Shown in pieces: positions 38,821-49,774 of a stretch of 64,000 nt of DNA. The stretch spans positions 20,050-84,049 of the forward strand of contig UREA01000002.1 of NCBI GenBank assembly GCA_900546715.1. The letters are read 5' to 3'. Made by a program: the position numbers and the translations under genes. Position 1 is the first letter of the stretch. The number at the start of each line of letters is the position of its first letter. The notes under the pieces were generated by a model. The model was not told where the DNA came from. It ran no database searches and worked only from the letters and a program-made list of their open reading frames with translations. The stretch comes from an uncultured Mycoplasmatota bacterium (lineage in GTDB: Bacteria > Bacillota_I > Bacilli_A > RF39 > UBA660).

Positions 38821-41147
38821 TATTCAGCAATATTTAAATTATTATCATTTAAATGTTTAATAAATCTATCTTTAAATGTTGTAATATCTTTTTGTTCTAG
38901 AGTTTTATTATTGCTTCCTAAGATATATCTTATAGTATATTTATTTTCATAAATGTTTATTAAAGAATATTTCTTAATTAAATTACTCTTAAATGTATCA
39001 AGAATTTCTTTTAGGTCTTGATATTTCTTGTCATCTGGTAGAATAATTGTATAATCTAGTTGAACAGTTGGATATTTACTTACTTCAATTGCTAAAATAT
39101 CTTCTTTTTGGATATTTACATATTTATCAAAATCTATATCTATACAGATAATTGATTTTTTCTTAGATATTTTATTAGTAATACCTTTATTTAATATATT
39201 TATTTCACCTAGTTTTTCATTATTAACATTAATCACTTTACCGAAAGATGAATCATAATATTCTAATTCATTGACATTATTAGTAAATGTAACATCTTTA
39301 TTTTTAAGAACTTTAAAGATATATTTGACTATTTCTTTGGCTTTATTGTAATTACTTTCTAACATTTTTTCTTCATCTGCTAGAATAATTGATAATACTC
39401 TTTTATTTTCATTATTTTTAATAATTGTACCAATTTCAAATATATCAAATTTAGAATAATTTTTGAAATTTAAATTAACTATATTCATAAGAGAGAAACT
39501 TAAATCATCTCTTAAAATATTATTTTCAGTTTTACCAAGTAATTTAACACCGTTTTTTTCAATGCCAAATTCTTTTAACATAACTGAATCATACCAAAGA
39601 TAACTATTTACTTCATGCATATCATATTTTGTAGCAAGTAATTCTTTTACATCATACTCTTGATTAAATATTGTTTCGTGTTCAATACCATCAGATTCGA
39701 TTTTTAATGGTGTTGCACTAAAGTTTTCAAGGCCATACATTCTTGCTACTTCTTCAATTATATCTTCAGCAATATTTACATCTTTACTGTGTCTATAAGT
39801 TGGCACTACTATTTCATAAGTATCTTTTTTTGTTGTAACTTCAAAACCTAAAGGAGTAAGCATATCTTCAACAGTTTTATCATCAAGTGTTAACCCCATG
39901 TATGTAGATAGTAAACTTTTTTTCAAACTTACATGACCAACATCAAGTTTAGTTGGATAGACATCTGTTAAATTAGATGCAATTTCTAACTCAGGATTTT
40001 CCTTCTTTATTAAATATAAAGCTCTTTTTAAGGCAACCGTTGTAATATTTGGGTCTAAAGATTTTTCATATCTTGCTGATGCTTCAGTACGAAGTCCTAG
40101 AGAAACTGCTGTTCTTCTGATAGATCCGGCATTAAATGTTGCGGATTCTAGGAATACTCCAGTAGTATCACTTAAAATTTCACTATCTAAACCACCCATA
40201 ACACCAGCAATACCAAAGTATTTATCGCCATTTTTAATCATTAACATATCTTTAGTTAGATGTCTAGTCGTCCCATCTAAAGTTGTATAAGTATCTCCAT
40301 CATTAGCTCTACCTACTTCAATACTTTTAACAACACGCGAATCAAAAGCATGCATTGGTTGACCTAGTTCTAGCATTATGTAATTTGTTACATCAACAAG
40401 TAATGATATAGAACGCATTCCTACATAATATAAGAATATTTGCATATCAAATGGCACTTTATTGTTGGTTATATTTTCTAACTTTAAAGCTGAATAACGA
40501 TAGCAAAGTTCCGGATCTTTAATTGTTACCTTTAAATCCTCTTTATCATTTGGCACTTCTTCAAGATCTAATGGTTTTAATTCATGTTTAGTAATTGCTG
40601 CAATTTCTCTCGCAATTCCGTAGTGTCCCCAAAGGTCCGGACGGTTAGTTAAACTTTTGTTATCAATTTCCACAAGTATATCTTCAATTGGTAAGTATTT
40701 TTTAATATCCATACCAATTGGAGCATCATCAGGAAGTTCAATAATTCCAGAGTGATCATCACTAATTCCTAGTTCTCTACCACTACAACACATTCCGTTA
40801 GATAATACACCACGAAGTGGTTTAGCTTTAATTTCAAAGCCATCAATATGACCTCCGACCTTAATATATGCGGTTTTTAAACCAACTCGAACATTCGGAG
40901 CTCCGCAGACAACTTGAATAAGTTCATCTTCACCACAATCTACTTTTAAAACATGCATGTGATCACTATCAGGATGTTCTGTGCATTCCTTAATTTCTGC
41001 AATAACTATGCCATCGATTTGGTCACCAATTTTTTTAACACTTTCAACTTCTGCAGTTCTTAAAGTAAATGTATCCCAAATATTCAACCAATCGATGTCT
41101 TCACTATTTTTAATATGACTTTTTAATTTATTACATGATATTAACAT
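38820..41147 (-). CDS. pheT: phenylalanine--tRNA ligase beta subunit
   Basis: 775 aa. N-terminal tRNA-binding domain and B3/4, B5 and FDX-ACB-like regions. Follows pheS. Confidence 0.9.
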   Translation of the reverse strand: MLISCNKLKSHIKNSEDIDWLNIWDTFTLRTAEVESVKKIGDQIDGIVIAEIKECTEHPDSDHMHVLKVDCGEDELIQVVCGAPNVRVGLKTAYIKVGGHIDGFEIKAKPLRGVLSNGMCCSGRELGISDDHSGIIELPDDAPIGMDIKKYLPIEDILVEIDNKSLTNRPDLWGHYGIAREIAAITKHELKPLDLEEVPNDKEDLKVTIKDPELCYRYSALKLENITNNKVPFDMQIFLYYVGMRSISLLVDVTNYIMLELGQPMHAFDSRVVKSIEVGRANDGDTYTTLDGTTRHLTKDMLMIKNGDKYFGIAGVMGGLDSEILSDTTGVFLESATFNAGSIRRTAVSLGLRTEASARYEKSLDPNITTVALKRALYLIKKENPELEIASNLTDVYPTKLDVGHVSLKKSLLSTYMGLTLDDKTVEDMLTPLGFEVTTKKDTYEIVVPTYRHSKDVNIAEDIIEEVARMYGLENFSATPLKIESDGIEHETIFNQEYDVKELLATKYDMHEVNSYLWYDSVMLKEFGIEKNGVKLLGKTENNILRDDLSFSLMNIVNLNFKNYSKFDIFEIGTIIKNNENKRVLSIILADEEKMLESNYNKAKEIVKYIFKVLKNKDVTFTNNVNELEYYDSSFGKVINVNNEKLGEINILNKGITNKISKKKSIICIDIDFDKYVNIQKEDILAIEVSKYPTVQLDYTIILPDDKKYQDLKEILDTFKSNLIKKYSLINIYENKYTIRYILGSNNKTLEQKDITTFKDRFIKHLNDNNLNIAE

Positions 41148-41159
41148 TTTTATACCTCC

Positions 41160-42167
41160 TTAATGAATATCGAATTCTTCAAGTGATCTTAAATCTCCTG
41201 AATTTAGAACCCTTATATCATTTATTTTATATTTCATCATGGCTAGTCTGGTTAAACCTAAACCAAAAGCAAAACCATTATAAACTTCATGATCAACTCC
41301 ACCATATTTATAAACCATTGGATGAGTCATACCACAACCAATAAGTTCAATCCAACCAGAGTTCTTACAAGTAGCACAACCTTTACCACCACAGATTAAA
41401 CAACCCATATCAAGTTCATATGAAGGTTCAGTGAATGGGAAAAATCCTGGTCTTAAACGAACCTTAACATCTGTCTTAAAAATTTCTCTTAAAACATTTT
41501 GCATGATGTATATTAAATTACCAATAGTTACACCTTTATCAATTACCATACCTTCAATTTGAAAGAAAGTATTTTCATGATTGGCATCTAAATCTTCATT
41601 TCTGAATGTTCTACCTGGAGCTGCAATTCTAAGTGGTGCACCGTAGTTCTCCATACTTCTTATTTCCATAGGACTAGTATGCGTACGAAGTAACATGCCA
41701 TTATCTAGATAATAAGTATCTTGCATATCCCTTGCGGGATGATCTTTAGGAATATTTAAACCTTCAAAGTTATAATATTCTGATTCCATTTCTGGCCCCA
41801 TTACTACTGTAAATCCCATTCTTTTTAATATATCTGTTACTTCTTTAGCAACAATTGTTACTGGATGCAAAGATCCTTTTTTAATATCAAAATCCAAGGT
41901 ATCATCAAAAGAAATATCACTTTTATTATCTATTTCTTGAGTAGCTTTAGTAACCATTCCTTCCATTTCTTTTTTAGTATTGTTAATAAGAGAACCATAT
42001 TTTCTTTTTTCATCAACACTCATATCTTTTAGTCCTGATAAAATTTCCATAATCCGGCTTTTCTTACCAACATATTTTGATTTGACATTTAATATGTCTG
42101 CTTCCTTATTGCAAGTCTTAAGTTCTCCACTTAAACTTGCTACTATTTGTTTTAATTCTTCTTCCAT
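41160..42167 (-). CDS. pheS: phenylalanine--tRNA ligase alpha subunit
   Basis: Class II motifs (HPARDMQDTYY, FRNE, GFAFGLGLTRL). Start at MEEELKQ, 9 nt after AGGAAGG. Confidence 0.92.
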   Translation of the reverse strand: MEEELKQIVASLSGELKTCNKEADILNVKSKYVGKKSRIMEILSGLKDMSVDEKRKYGSLINNTKKEMEGMVTKATQEIDNKSDISFDDTLDFDIKKGSLHPVTIVAKEVTDILKRMGFTVVMGPEMESEYYNFEGLNIPKDHPARDMQDTYYLDNGMLLRTHTSPMEIRSMENYGAPLRIAAPGRTFRNEDLDANHENTFFQIEGMVIDKGVTIGNLIYIMQNVLREIFKTDVKVRLRPGFFPFTEPSYELDMGCLICGGKGCATCKNSGWIELIGCGMTHPMVYKYGGVDHEVYNGFAFGLGLTRLAMMKYKINDIRVLNSGDLRSLEEFDIH

Positions 42168-42183
42168 AAATTCCATCCTTCCT

Positions 42184-42362
42184 AAAAAAACAAGTTCATA
42201 AACTAATTAAGGACGAGCTAACCCGCGGTACCACCTTAGTTTATGAACTTGTTCATACACTTTAAATTATAAGGGATTTCTCCCAAAAGCATTCATCAAC
42301 TGAAATTTCATTTTATTCCTTCTTTAAAATATTCTCAGCTCTATATTTTATCTCTGTTAAGA
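42184..42362 (-). promoter_or_regulatory. T-box riboswitch leader (Phe, specifier UUC)
   Basis: Minus-strand AAGGTGGTACCGCGGG T-box sequence (42221-42237). Terminator AAGTTCATAAACTA..TAGTTTATGAACTT plus T7. Stem I AGAGA element. UUC followed by A at 42302-42304 in the predicted specifier loop. Confidence 0.85.
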
Positions 42363-42392
42363 ATTATGAATAAAACTACTATGTTTGAATCA

Positions 42393-43634
42393 CTATGCTT
42401 TTTCTAACCAATTTTTACCTTCAACGCTTCTTGTTACTAACATTGCACAAGATGTATCACCTACAACATTAAGCAAAGTTGCTGGTGCATCTATTATTGT
42501 AGCAATAATTGTTAAAATTGGCAAGGCTGAAGTTGAATATCCCATCATCGAAATGATTAACATTTCAGATATTGTTCCACCACCGATAGGTACTGCTGTA
42601 ACTAATAATGTTGCAAGTAAGGCAACACCTAGTACTTCAAAAACACTACCAACAGTATTTAAACTAGTACCAAAAAGTGATACTAAAAACATTATTTTAA
42701 ATACACTACCGATTGCTGAACCATCTTTATGAAAACTCGTTCCTAGAGAAACTGTTGTATCAGCAATATCATCAGGAATACCAATTTTTTTAGCACATTC
42801 AATATTTACTGGAACGCTTGCAGCAGATGAACATGTACCTAATGCTGTAAGACCTGCAGGAATAATGTTTTTCCAAAAAACTTTAATTCCCTTAGTACCT
42901 GCCGAAATATAAGCATATAACGTATAAATTATAAACATAAACAGTATACTAACAATTAGATACATTACAAACGTTTTTAAAAATCCTACTGCTATAATAC
43001 TTCCCATTGTTCCAACCAAGGCCGCAAAGTAACAACCAAGACCAATTGGGGCATAATACATAATAAGCCCAATTAATTTATACATCACTTCACAAAAAGA
43101 GTCAAGTATTTCTGCAACTTTTTTTCCTTTTTCGCCACTTTTATTAACTGCTATACCAAAAAGAATCGAAATAACTATTAAAGCAATCAAATTATCTGTA
43201 GAAAGTAAATTAACAAATTGATCTGTCGATAAAACACTAACTGTTCGCTCTAGTAAATTTAAATCTTCCTCTTCCGCTCCTGTATCACTAAATACTTCCC
43301 TAATAGCATCTGTATCACTATCTTTAACTAAATCAGTAACACTTGTTGCTCCGAAAGAAACTACTACCGCAATAACTGAACTCACTAAAAATACAACTAT
43401 AGTACTAATTAGTATTTTACTAAGACGTTTTGGTTGATACATCTTAGCAATAGATGATGTAACTGTAAAAAATATAAGAGGTATAATAATTACCAATAAT
43501 AGATTTAAAAATAAATCTCCAAGAGGCTTAACTACCACTGCATCCTCTTTAAAAATAATTCCACAAACCGAACCGATGACTACACAACCCAAGAGAATTA
43601 AAGTGCTTTTATAGCTTTTTAATATTTTTTTCAC
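42393..43634 (-). CDS. dicarboxylate/amino acid:cation symporter (DAACS family)
   Basis: 413 aa, multi-pass. Family motifs GTCSSAASVPV and AxxxDxxRT-like VVGDTSCAMLV. Confidence 0.8.
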   Translation of the reverse strand: MKKILKSYKSTLILLGCVVIGSVCGIIFKEDAVVVKPLGDLFLNLLLVIIIPLIFFTVTSSIAKMYQPKRLSKILISTIVVFLVSSVIAVVVSFGATSVTDLVKDSDTDAIREVFSDTGAEEEDLNLLERTVSVLSTDQFVNLLSTDNLIALIVISILFGIAVNKSGEKGKKVAEILDSFCEVMYKLIGLIMYYAPIGLGCYFAALVGTMGSIIAVGFLKTFVMYLIVSILFMFIIYTLYAYISAGTKGIKVFWKNIIPAGLTALGTCSSAASVPVNIECAKKIGIPDDIADTTVSLGTSFHKDGSAIGSVFKIMFLVSLFGTSLNTVGSVFEVLGVALLATLLVTAVPIGGGTISEMLIISMMGYSTSALPILTIIATIIDAPATLLNVVGDTSCAMLVTRSVEGKNWLEKA

Positions 43635-43695
43635 TTAGTTCCTCCTTTATAAGCACATCATACCATATTATATTTTTTTAGTCAAATGAATATGC

Positions 43696-44571
43696 TTATT
43701 TTAACTTAGGTAAATCGTCTATTTCAAAATCATCATCACTATCAAATATTGCTTTAGGTAACTCAGTTTTATTATTATCAAATATTGGACTTTGCAATTC
43801 TTTTTCATTACTTGCAAAAAGATCCGATACATCTATACTAGTTTTCGTTGAAACATTAACTCCCGCCGGAGCTGGTGTATATGTTAAAAGTTTTGGTTCT
43901 ACCTTTTTTGTTCCAAAAATAGGTCGATTTAAAAACTCTCTAATTTTAACAAAATACTTAGGTTCCTTTTTAACATAACCCTTTTGTTCTTGTTTTAGTT
44001 TATATAATTTTCTAAAGCTATTAAATATAACAAGTAGAGCAATAACCATTATAATAGTTAGCCAACCCATACTACTAGCAAGGAAAAATTGAATCCTTCC
44101 CAACTGAGGTATTCTTAACGCTACTTTACCAACTATATCATTAAAAGCAACTAAATTTTCATCTTCAATTAAATTATAATCCCCCTTAGTTTGATAACTA
44201 TATTCACCATTTTCCTCTTTAACTATAGAAATAACTCTATGAGTTATTGTTCCTCCCCCAACTTGAGGATCATCTGAATAAAAGGTTATAACATCCCCAA
44301 TCTCTATATCTTCAGGATTATCAACCCGAACATCAACTACAACATCATAAACATTAATATTTGGAGTCATACTACCACTAATAATAGTATATAAACCAAA
44401 TTTAGGCTCATAACCTTCTCCTTTACTAGCATAAATCCTAGTAGCCACAAAATAATATAGTAAAAGTGCCGCAACAATTAAAAGCAACACAAAAACAGTC
44501 CAACTAATAATTGTTGAAATAAGTTTTAAAACATCCCGAAATGTTACATTGCTCTTAATCTCGGTATTCAT
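43696..44571 (-). CDS. signal peptidase I, SipW (archaeal/ER) type, with long C-terminal extension
   Basis: SGSMTP catalytic-Ser box, GDVITF and THRVISI. Followed by a second TM helix and a ~110-aa tail. Start chosen at MNTEIKS; the track ORF is 37 codons longer. Confidence 0.65.
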   Translation of the reverse strand: MNTEIKSNVTFRDVLKLISTIISWTVFVLLLIVAALLLYYFVATRIYASKGEGYEPKFGLYTIISGSMTPNINVYDVVVDVRVDNPEDIEIGDVITFYSDDPQVGGGTITHRVISIVKEENGEYSYQTKGDYNLIEDENLVAFNDIVGKVALRIPQLGRIQFFLASSMGWLTIIMVIALLVIFNSFRKLYKLKQEQKGYVKKEPKYFVKIREFLNRPIFGTKKVEPKLLTYTPAPAGVNVSTKTSIDVSDLFASNEKELQSPIFDNNKTELPKAIFDSDDDFEIDDLPKLK

Positions 44572-44717
44572 TTCACACTTCCCTATTCTCTTTTTATTAT
44601 AACCAAATATTCGACAAATAGCAACAATTCTTGTCAAAATATATGTAAAGAAAGAGACAATTATTACCAAAAAAGATAGCAAATTTTGCTATCCAATTAA
44701 ATAAATTCTAAAATATC

Positions 44718-44966
44718 TCAACCAATAAAGAAAAATATCACACCAACAACTATAATAATATTAATGACCTTAATAATGTTTATATATTTTTGAAACTTGC
44801 CTTTCATTGCCTCTTTAAGCAAAACATTGGCATAAGCTTCAGCAAAAATCATTAATAAAATAACCAATAAGCCTATCCACAAATTTTCAATATTTAATGT
44901 AAACAATAATACTATTATAATTAACTCAATTAAATAAGCTAAAACCAATTTCCATTTACTATTCAT
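44718..44966 (-). CDS. small three-helix membrane protein
   Basis: 82 aa. Similar layout and weak sequence similarity to 45423..45689. Confidence 0.45.
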   Translation of the reverse strand: MNSKWKLVLAYLIELIIIVLLFTLNIENLWIGLLVILLMIFAEAYANVLLKEAMKGKFQKYINIIKVINIIIVVGVIFFFIG

Positions 44967-44983
44967 TTTCTCACCCTAAATAA

Positions 44984-45232
44984 TCAATGGTTAAAAATTA
45001 TGACCATTACTAAGACAATACTTAAAATCAGGCCCATTAAAGCGCTAATATTTAAATAAATACTTAATTTAAATTTATTTTTAATAGCTAAAAATAAACC
45101 AAATATTGCCATTACTATACCTATTGCATCAAATACTATAAACCATTTTATGGTATTTACACTAATAAATATAGGTATAAAAATTGTTAATATTGCTAAT
45201 ATAAATAATATAACAGACAATTTTTTAGTCAT
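44984..45232 (-). CDS. small three-helix membrane protein
   Basis: 82 aa, entirely hydrophobic helices with short basic loops. Confidence 0.45.
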   Translation of the reverse strand: MTKKLSVILFILAILTIFIPIFISVNTIKWFIVFDAIGIVMAIFGLFLAIKNKFKLSIYLNISALMGLILSIVLVMVIIFNH

Positions 45233-45422
45233 AATACCTAGTACATATAAATCTATATATATATTAAAGAAGAATTAGCTAAAAAGATAGAACAAATAGC
45301 TAAAGATAATGATACTTCATTTATAATGTAGTTATTAGTATGATAGAAGAATGTTTAAAAGACGATAAAGATTATAAAGAACAATAAAATAGGCTACTAG
45401 AATTTATAGTAACCTATTTTAA

Positions 45423-45689
45423 TTAAATAAATAGAGAAATAATTACTGATATAGTTAATATTACAATAGCAACAATATTAGCTATTCTAACTATTTTATA
45501 TAATTTTTCATCCTCATCTGTTGCCCCTCTTACTAAATATGAAGATGCTATTAAACTAATTACTAATATTATAAATATAGCCCAATTTAACCAGCCATCA
45601 AATATCGGAAATATACAAAATAATATAGTTAATACTTCAATTGCTATGTAAATAATAACTTTAAGTTTATTACTCACAACTAATCCCAC
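45423..45689 (-). CDS. small three-helix membrane protein
   Basis: 88 aa, with the same architecture as the two downstream genes. Confidence 0.45.
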   Translation of the reverse strand: MGLVVSNKLKVIIYIAIEVLTILFCIFPIFDGWLNWAIFIILVISLIASSYLVRGATDEDEKLYKIVRIANIVAIVILTISVIISLFI

Positions 45690-45804
45690 CTTTCCTCTCT
45701 AATAATAGCAGATAGGATGTAATTTTGCAACAAAAAGTTAACAAAAAGTTAATTTATTGTTTTAAAAAAGACAAATTATAAAAATTCGTCTTTTAGTTAT
45801 TTAA

Positions 45805-45878
45805 TGGAGGGCCTAGTCGGATTTGAACCAACGATCAGGGATTTGCAATCCCGTGCCTTACCACTTGGCTATAGACCC
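45805..45878 (-). tRNA. tRNA-Cys (GCA)
   Basis: Minus-strand GGGTCTATAGCCAAGTGGTAAGGCACGGGATTGCAAATCCCTGATCGTTGGTTCAAATCCGACTAGGCCCTCCA. 7-bp acceptor stem, anticodon loop TTGCAAA, GGTTCAAATCC T-arm and encoded CCA. Confidence 0.9.
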
Positions 45879-45894
45879 GCGTTCTTGTAATATA

Positions 45895-45923
45895 ATTTTA
45901 CAATACATCTTCATATTTGTCAA
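45895..45923 (-). promoter_or_regulatory. promoter of tRNA-Cys
   Basis: Minus-strand TTGACA (45918-45923), 17 nt, TAAAAT (45895-45900). Confidence 0.55.
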
Positions 45924-46075
45924 TTACTATATTCTATGCAGGATTACAAAAAATGCACTATATTTTACAATACACTTTAGAATATACTTACACTATACTT
46001 TACTGTCTACTTTATATAATATTCTAAAAAATTCCATACATAATTTATTGAAATATAACCATATTAAAAAGGGAG

Positions 46076-46513
46076 ATGATTAAAATAGAAAATGTTAATG
46101 CTTTAGATGAAATAAATAAAGGAGCATCAATGGGATGTGTTGCTATAAAATACATCATAGATAAAGTTGAAGATAATGCTCTACGAGATTTATTAGAACA
46201 CCAATATGATTTATATAATAATATTAAGAAAAAAGTAAATGATTTATATCCTAAATATAACGATGAAAAAGAGCCCCATGAAACTAATACTATGACAAAA
46301 GCTATGACTTGGTATGGAATAAACATGAAAACTATAAAAGACCATAGCAATTCTAAAATAGCTGAAATATTAATACAAGGAACAAACATGGGAATAATTG
46401 AAGGAAGAAAAATATTAAACAATAAAAACATCTCTAAAGATGTTCATAATATAATCGAAGATTTTGTTAATAGTCAAGAAAAACTAATAGAAGATTTAAA
46501 AGAATACCTTTAA
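46076..46513 (+). CDS. hypothetical helical protein
   Basis: 145 aa, predicted all-helical and charged. Start uncertain because the ATG abuts GGGAG. Confidence 0.45.
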   Translation: MIKIENVNALDEINKGASMGCVAIKYIIDKVEDNALRDLLEHQYDLYNNIKKKVNDLYPKYNDEKEPHETNTMTKAMTWYGINMKTIKDHSNSKIAEILIQGTNMGIIEGRKILNNKNISKDVHNIIEDFVNSQEKLIEDLKEYL

Positions 46514-46528
46514 ATTTCTATTAGTTTT

Positions 46529-48124
46529 TTAAATTAATTTAATTATATAACAACGATTACGAATAGTAATTCTTAAATTTAGACTATCTGCAGTACTTGC
46601 AGCAGCTGGAATTTGAAATACCAATCTATTTTCACCGAGTTCATTTGGAGTAACATTATTAATACTAGATGTATATTTCTTGTCCCCGACTGTATATTCA
46701 ATAGTAGCAAAAGTATTAATAAATGTCTTTATATTTTGAATACTTTTATAGGATTCAGTTGTATTATCAATTACAAAATCATAATCTAAAAGCATTAATG
46801 TCTCTTGAACTGATGAAGTTCCTTGAATTAACACTAAACCATTATAATTTCTACATTCTTCGTTATAGCATTGTTCATAAGTATATTCAAATCTATTAGT
46901 AAATTCCACATTTGTAATATTTAATGAAGTATTTCCAAGCATTGTACTAGAAAAAGAAACATTTTCTCCTAAATTGGCATTACGAACTACTTCCACTCCA
47001 ATTAATCTAGTAGGTTTTATTTTAATAGTAATAGTTCTTGATCTTTCACTCTTAGTTGCTTGACCATTATATAAAGTCAATTTATAATTATTTTTCACTT
47101 GATTAGAATTAAGTATATAAGGCATTACATAAGTTCTTGTAGCTCCAGCATCAATTTCATAATTCATATAAGGATACCCAAAATCTATAAAATAATTACC
47201 AATATCTAATGTCGGATAAATAAAATTATTACCAAAATATAATTTAAAATTAGTATAATCTAGTTTTTTTCTAGCATGAGTATTATTGGTAATACTAAAT
47301 TTAATAACTAAATAATATTGATCATTATATATACTTTCACCCGCCATATCAATATCTGTCAAAATACTATCTTCAACATTTATACTAAATCCATTATATG
47401 AAAAAGTATCATTTTCACCATATGTATAACTTATTTTTTCATAATTTCTCACAACTACAAATATCAAAACAACTGCAAGCACTCCTCCGATAATATAAAA
47501 TATCATCTTATTTTCGAGAAAATAATAATATAGTTCTCTAAAAGTTCTATGTACAGCCCTTTTAGCTTTATAAGTTTGAAAATTAATATTTAATTCCACT
47601 TCTTCACTGTCGGCATCAGTTATTTCTAACATGTCTTTTTTAAAATCAAACTGTTTAACATTAAAACCAATAGCTCTAATTGCTAAAACAACTACAAATA
47701 CAAACTGTGGATAATAAACTATCTGGGCAATATCTCGGTATGTTCTAGCAGAAGCAGTTTCCCATAAAGCCTCATTTAAACCATTAATTAGCATATGTGA
47801 TATTAACAAAGCTACCAATAATATAATATAATATATAATTGCAATCAAATAAAATTTATTGGGCTTATTTTTACTTTTTAATAATACAAACATAGTAATT
47901 AAAGTAGTTATTACTAAAATAATTACTAAAAACAACAAAGGTCTTACAGTATCTGATGCTATTGTCTCATAAACAGTTACTGTATAACCATTAGAAATAA
48001 AATCACGAAAAAAAGTTAAGACAGTACCACTTCTTACAGCGATATAAACCGTTAATAAAGTTAATACTAAATGGATTAACTTAAAGTGTTTGATTAAAAA
48101 GCCATATGGTTTTTTGAAAATCAT
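46529..48124 (-). CDS. hypothetical membrane protein with large extracytoplasmic beta-rich C-terminal half
   Basis: 531 aa with five or six N-terminal helices followed by a ~300-aa soluble region. Confidence 0.55.
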   Translation of the reverse strand: MIFKKPYGFLIKHFKLIHLVLTLLTVYIAVRSGTVLTFFRDFISNGYTVTVYETIASDTVRPLLFLVIILVITTLITMFVLLKSKNKPNKFYLIAIIYYIILLVALLISHMLINGLNEALWETASARTYRDIAQIVYYPQFVFVVVLAIRAIGFNVKQFDFKKDMLEITDADSEEVELNINFQTYKAKRAVHRTFRELYYYFLENKMIFYIIGGVLAVVLIFVVVRNYEKISYTYGENDTFSYNGFSINVEDSILTDIDMAGESIYNDQYYLVIKFSITNNTHARKKLDYTNFKLYFGNNFIYPTLDIGNYFIDFGYPYMNYEIDAGATRTYVMPYILNSNQVKNNYKLTLYNGQATKSERSRTITIKIKPTRLIGVEVVRNANLGENVSFSSTMLGNTSLNITNVEFTNRFEYTYEQCYNEECRNYNGLVLIQGTSSVQETLMLLDYDFVIDNTTESYKSIQNIKTFINTFATIEYTVGDKKYTSSINNVTPNELGENRLVFQIPAAASTADSLNLRITIRNRCYIIKLI

Positions 48125-48190
48125 ACTATCGCACCCTTTTCCCTATATCATTATTTTACCACAAAAAAAATATGGTGCCTAGCCATATTT

Positions 48191-48640
48191 TCATCTTTTA
48201 GTTACTAATACTTGGTCTTTTAATAAATATATCGTCTCATTTTGATTTAACAAATCTAATTTTGATATCTTAAACATATTAGCAACCGTATCAAGTGTAT
48301 CTCCCTCAGCAGTAATATAATAACTATATCCGCTCTTAGGTATTAAAATTTCTTGATTTGGATATATATAATCTTCCATATTAAGACCATTAAGACTAGC
48401 AAGTAGTGTTGGATTAATATTATACTTCTTAGCAATCTTATAAAGCGAATCTCCAGCTTCTATAGTATAATAATTGAAATATTGTTCTTTATTTTTAGGT
48501 ACAACTATATCCATACCAACTCTAAATTCATCAGGAAAATAAATATTATTAATATCCATTAAAATCTGTGGTTTAGTATTAAATCTATCAGCAATACTTT
48601 TTAATGTATCCCCCGGTATTATAGTATATTTATCAAACAT
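48191..48640 (-). CDS. triple LysM-domain peptidoglycan-binding protein
   Basis: Three repeats of Y-x-I/V-x-x-G-D-T/S-L-x-x-I-A. Confidence 0.8.
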   Translation of the reverse strand: MFDKYTIIPGDTLKSIADRFNTKPQILMDINNIYFPDEFRVGMDIVVPKNKEQYFNYYTIEAGDSLYKIAKKYNINPTLLASLNGLNMEDYIYPNQEILIPKSGYSYYITAEGDTLDTVANMFKISKLDLLNQNETIYLLKDQVLVTKR

Positions 48641-48682
48641 TTTATCACTCCTAATATAGGATATGAATTATATTTTATTTGG

Positions 48683-49774
48683 TTAAAAGATAAATACCAT
48701 ATTTTGATAATTAAAATTCCACTCAGAATACTTAAGCAATGCTACTTCACCATCATATGGATTATATTTATATAAAGTATCATCTGAAATATAATAAACA
48801 TCCATTCCATTAACTTTAACTAAAACACTAACAAAACGATTAGATACTAAATTATTATCTTCAGCATTTAGAATACTTTGATAAAGCGAATTATTTAAAA
48901 GAACATAATTAACACTAGATTTTTCACTAAATGTTGGTTTTTCTGATTGTATAGTTTGATTACTTACATTTTGCCAATTGCCATCAACTAATATTTCCCT
49001 ATCAGTTTTATATATTTCTTCTTTTTTCATATCGATATAATATTCTTGATTTTCTCTTAAATCATATAAATATACTCTATTTTTATAATCTCCCATAAAA
49101 TAACTATTAAAATATACTTCAAATCTTAATTTAATGTTATTAATTTTGCCATTATTAGTATTTATTACATCAACATTATCATATATAAAATCTTGTTCAT
49201 AATCAGGAATAATTAAATAATTATCATATGCATATGTTAAAGATAAATTATAAATATCAGTATTAAACAAAGTTATTTTTTTATGATCACCTTTATTTAA
49301 ATAAATAAAATCATGATAATTCCAAAGCATATATGTTGCATCATCAATATCTCCAATACTTATATTTTCATAAGTATCTTTTATATTAAGTTCACTAGTT
49401 TGATTTATATTTTCTAAATAATAACCATCATCATTAGAACAAATATCATATAAATTAATATCAGTTGTTTTAAAACTTAAACATGTATCTTCATTATTTT
49501 CTGTTACTGTAATTTCTTCAATTAATCTTCTTTTATTACTATATTTATCTAAAGATACTAAATTATAAGTTTTATCTTTATAAAAAACACTAAAATAATA
49601 TGTTTCTAATTCTTTATCGTATTTTTCTAAAACTTTAAAATCATCAATAGTGTATTCAAGTTCATAACTTGTTTTTCTTAAATAAAAGTAAATAAACAAA
49701 GAAAACAATAAAATTATAATAACTACTAAAATAATATGTTTATACTGTTTTACTTGCTTCATTACTACTTCCAT
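48683..49774 (-). CDS. hypothetical membrane-anchored protein
   Basis: 363 aa with one N-terminal helix and a Tyr/Asn/Asp-rich ectodomain. Overlaps the end of the upstream PH-domain gene. Confidence 0.5.
   Translation of the reverse strand: MEVVMKQVKQYKHIILVVIIILLFSLFIYFYLRKTSYELEYTIDDFKVLEKYDKELETYYFSVFYKDKTYNLVSLDKYSNKRRLIEEITVTENNEDTCLSFKTTDINLYDICSNDDGYYLENINQTSELNIKDTYENISIGDIDDATYMLWNYHDFIYLNKGDHKKITLFNTDIYNLSLTYAYDNYLIIPDYEQDFIYDNVDVINTNNGKINNIKLRFEVYFNSYFMGDYKNRVYLYDLRENQEYYIDMKKEEIYKTDREILVDGNWQNVSNQTIQSEKPTFSEKSSVNYVLLNNSLYQSILNAEDNNLVSNRFVSVLVKVNGMDVYYISDDTLYKYNPYDGEVALLKYSEWNFNYQNMVFIF

Noticed and set aside
45255-45390. Remnant of a ribbon-helix-helix (CopG/antitoxin-like) gene on the plus strand (..YIKEELAKKIEQIAKDNDTSF / NVVISMIEECLKDDKDYKEQ) ending at a bidirectional terminator.
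   Set aside because: It has no start codon, needs a frameshift to join the two halves, and spans only ~40 codons. This is too weak to annotate, though it hints that the small-membrane-protein cluster once held a TA-like or plasmid-derived gene.
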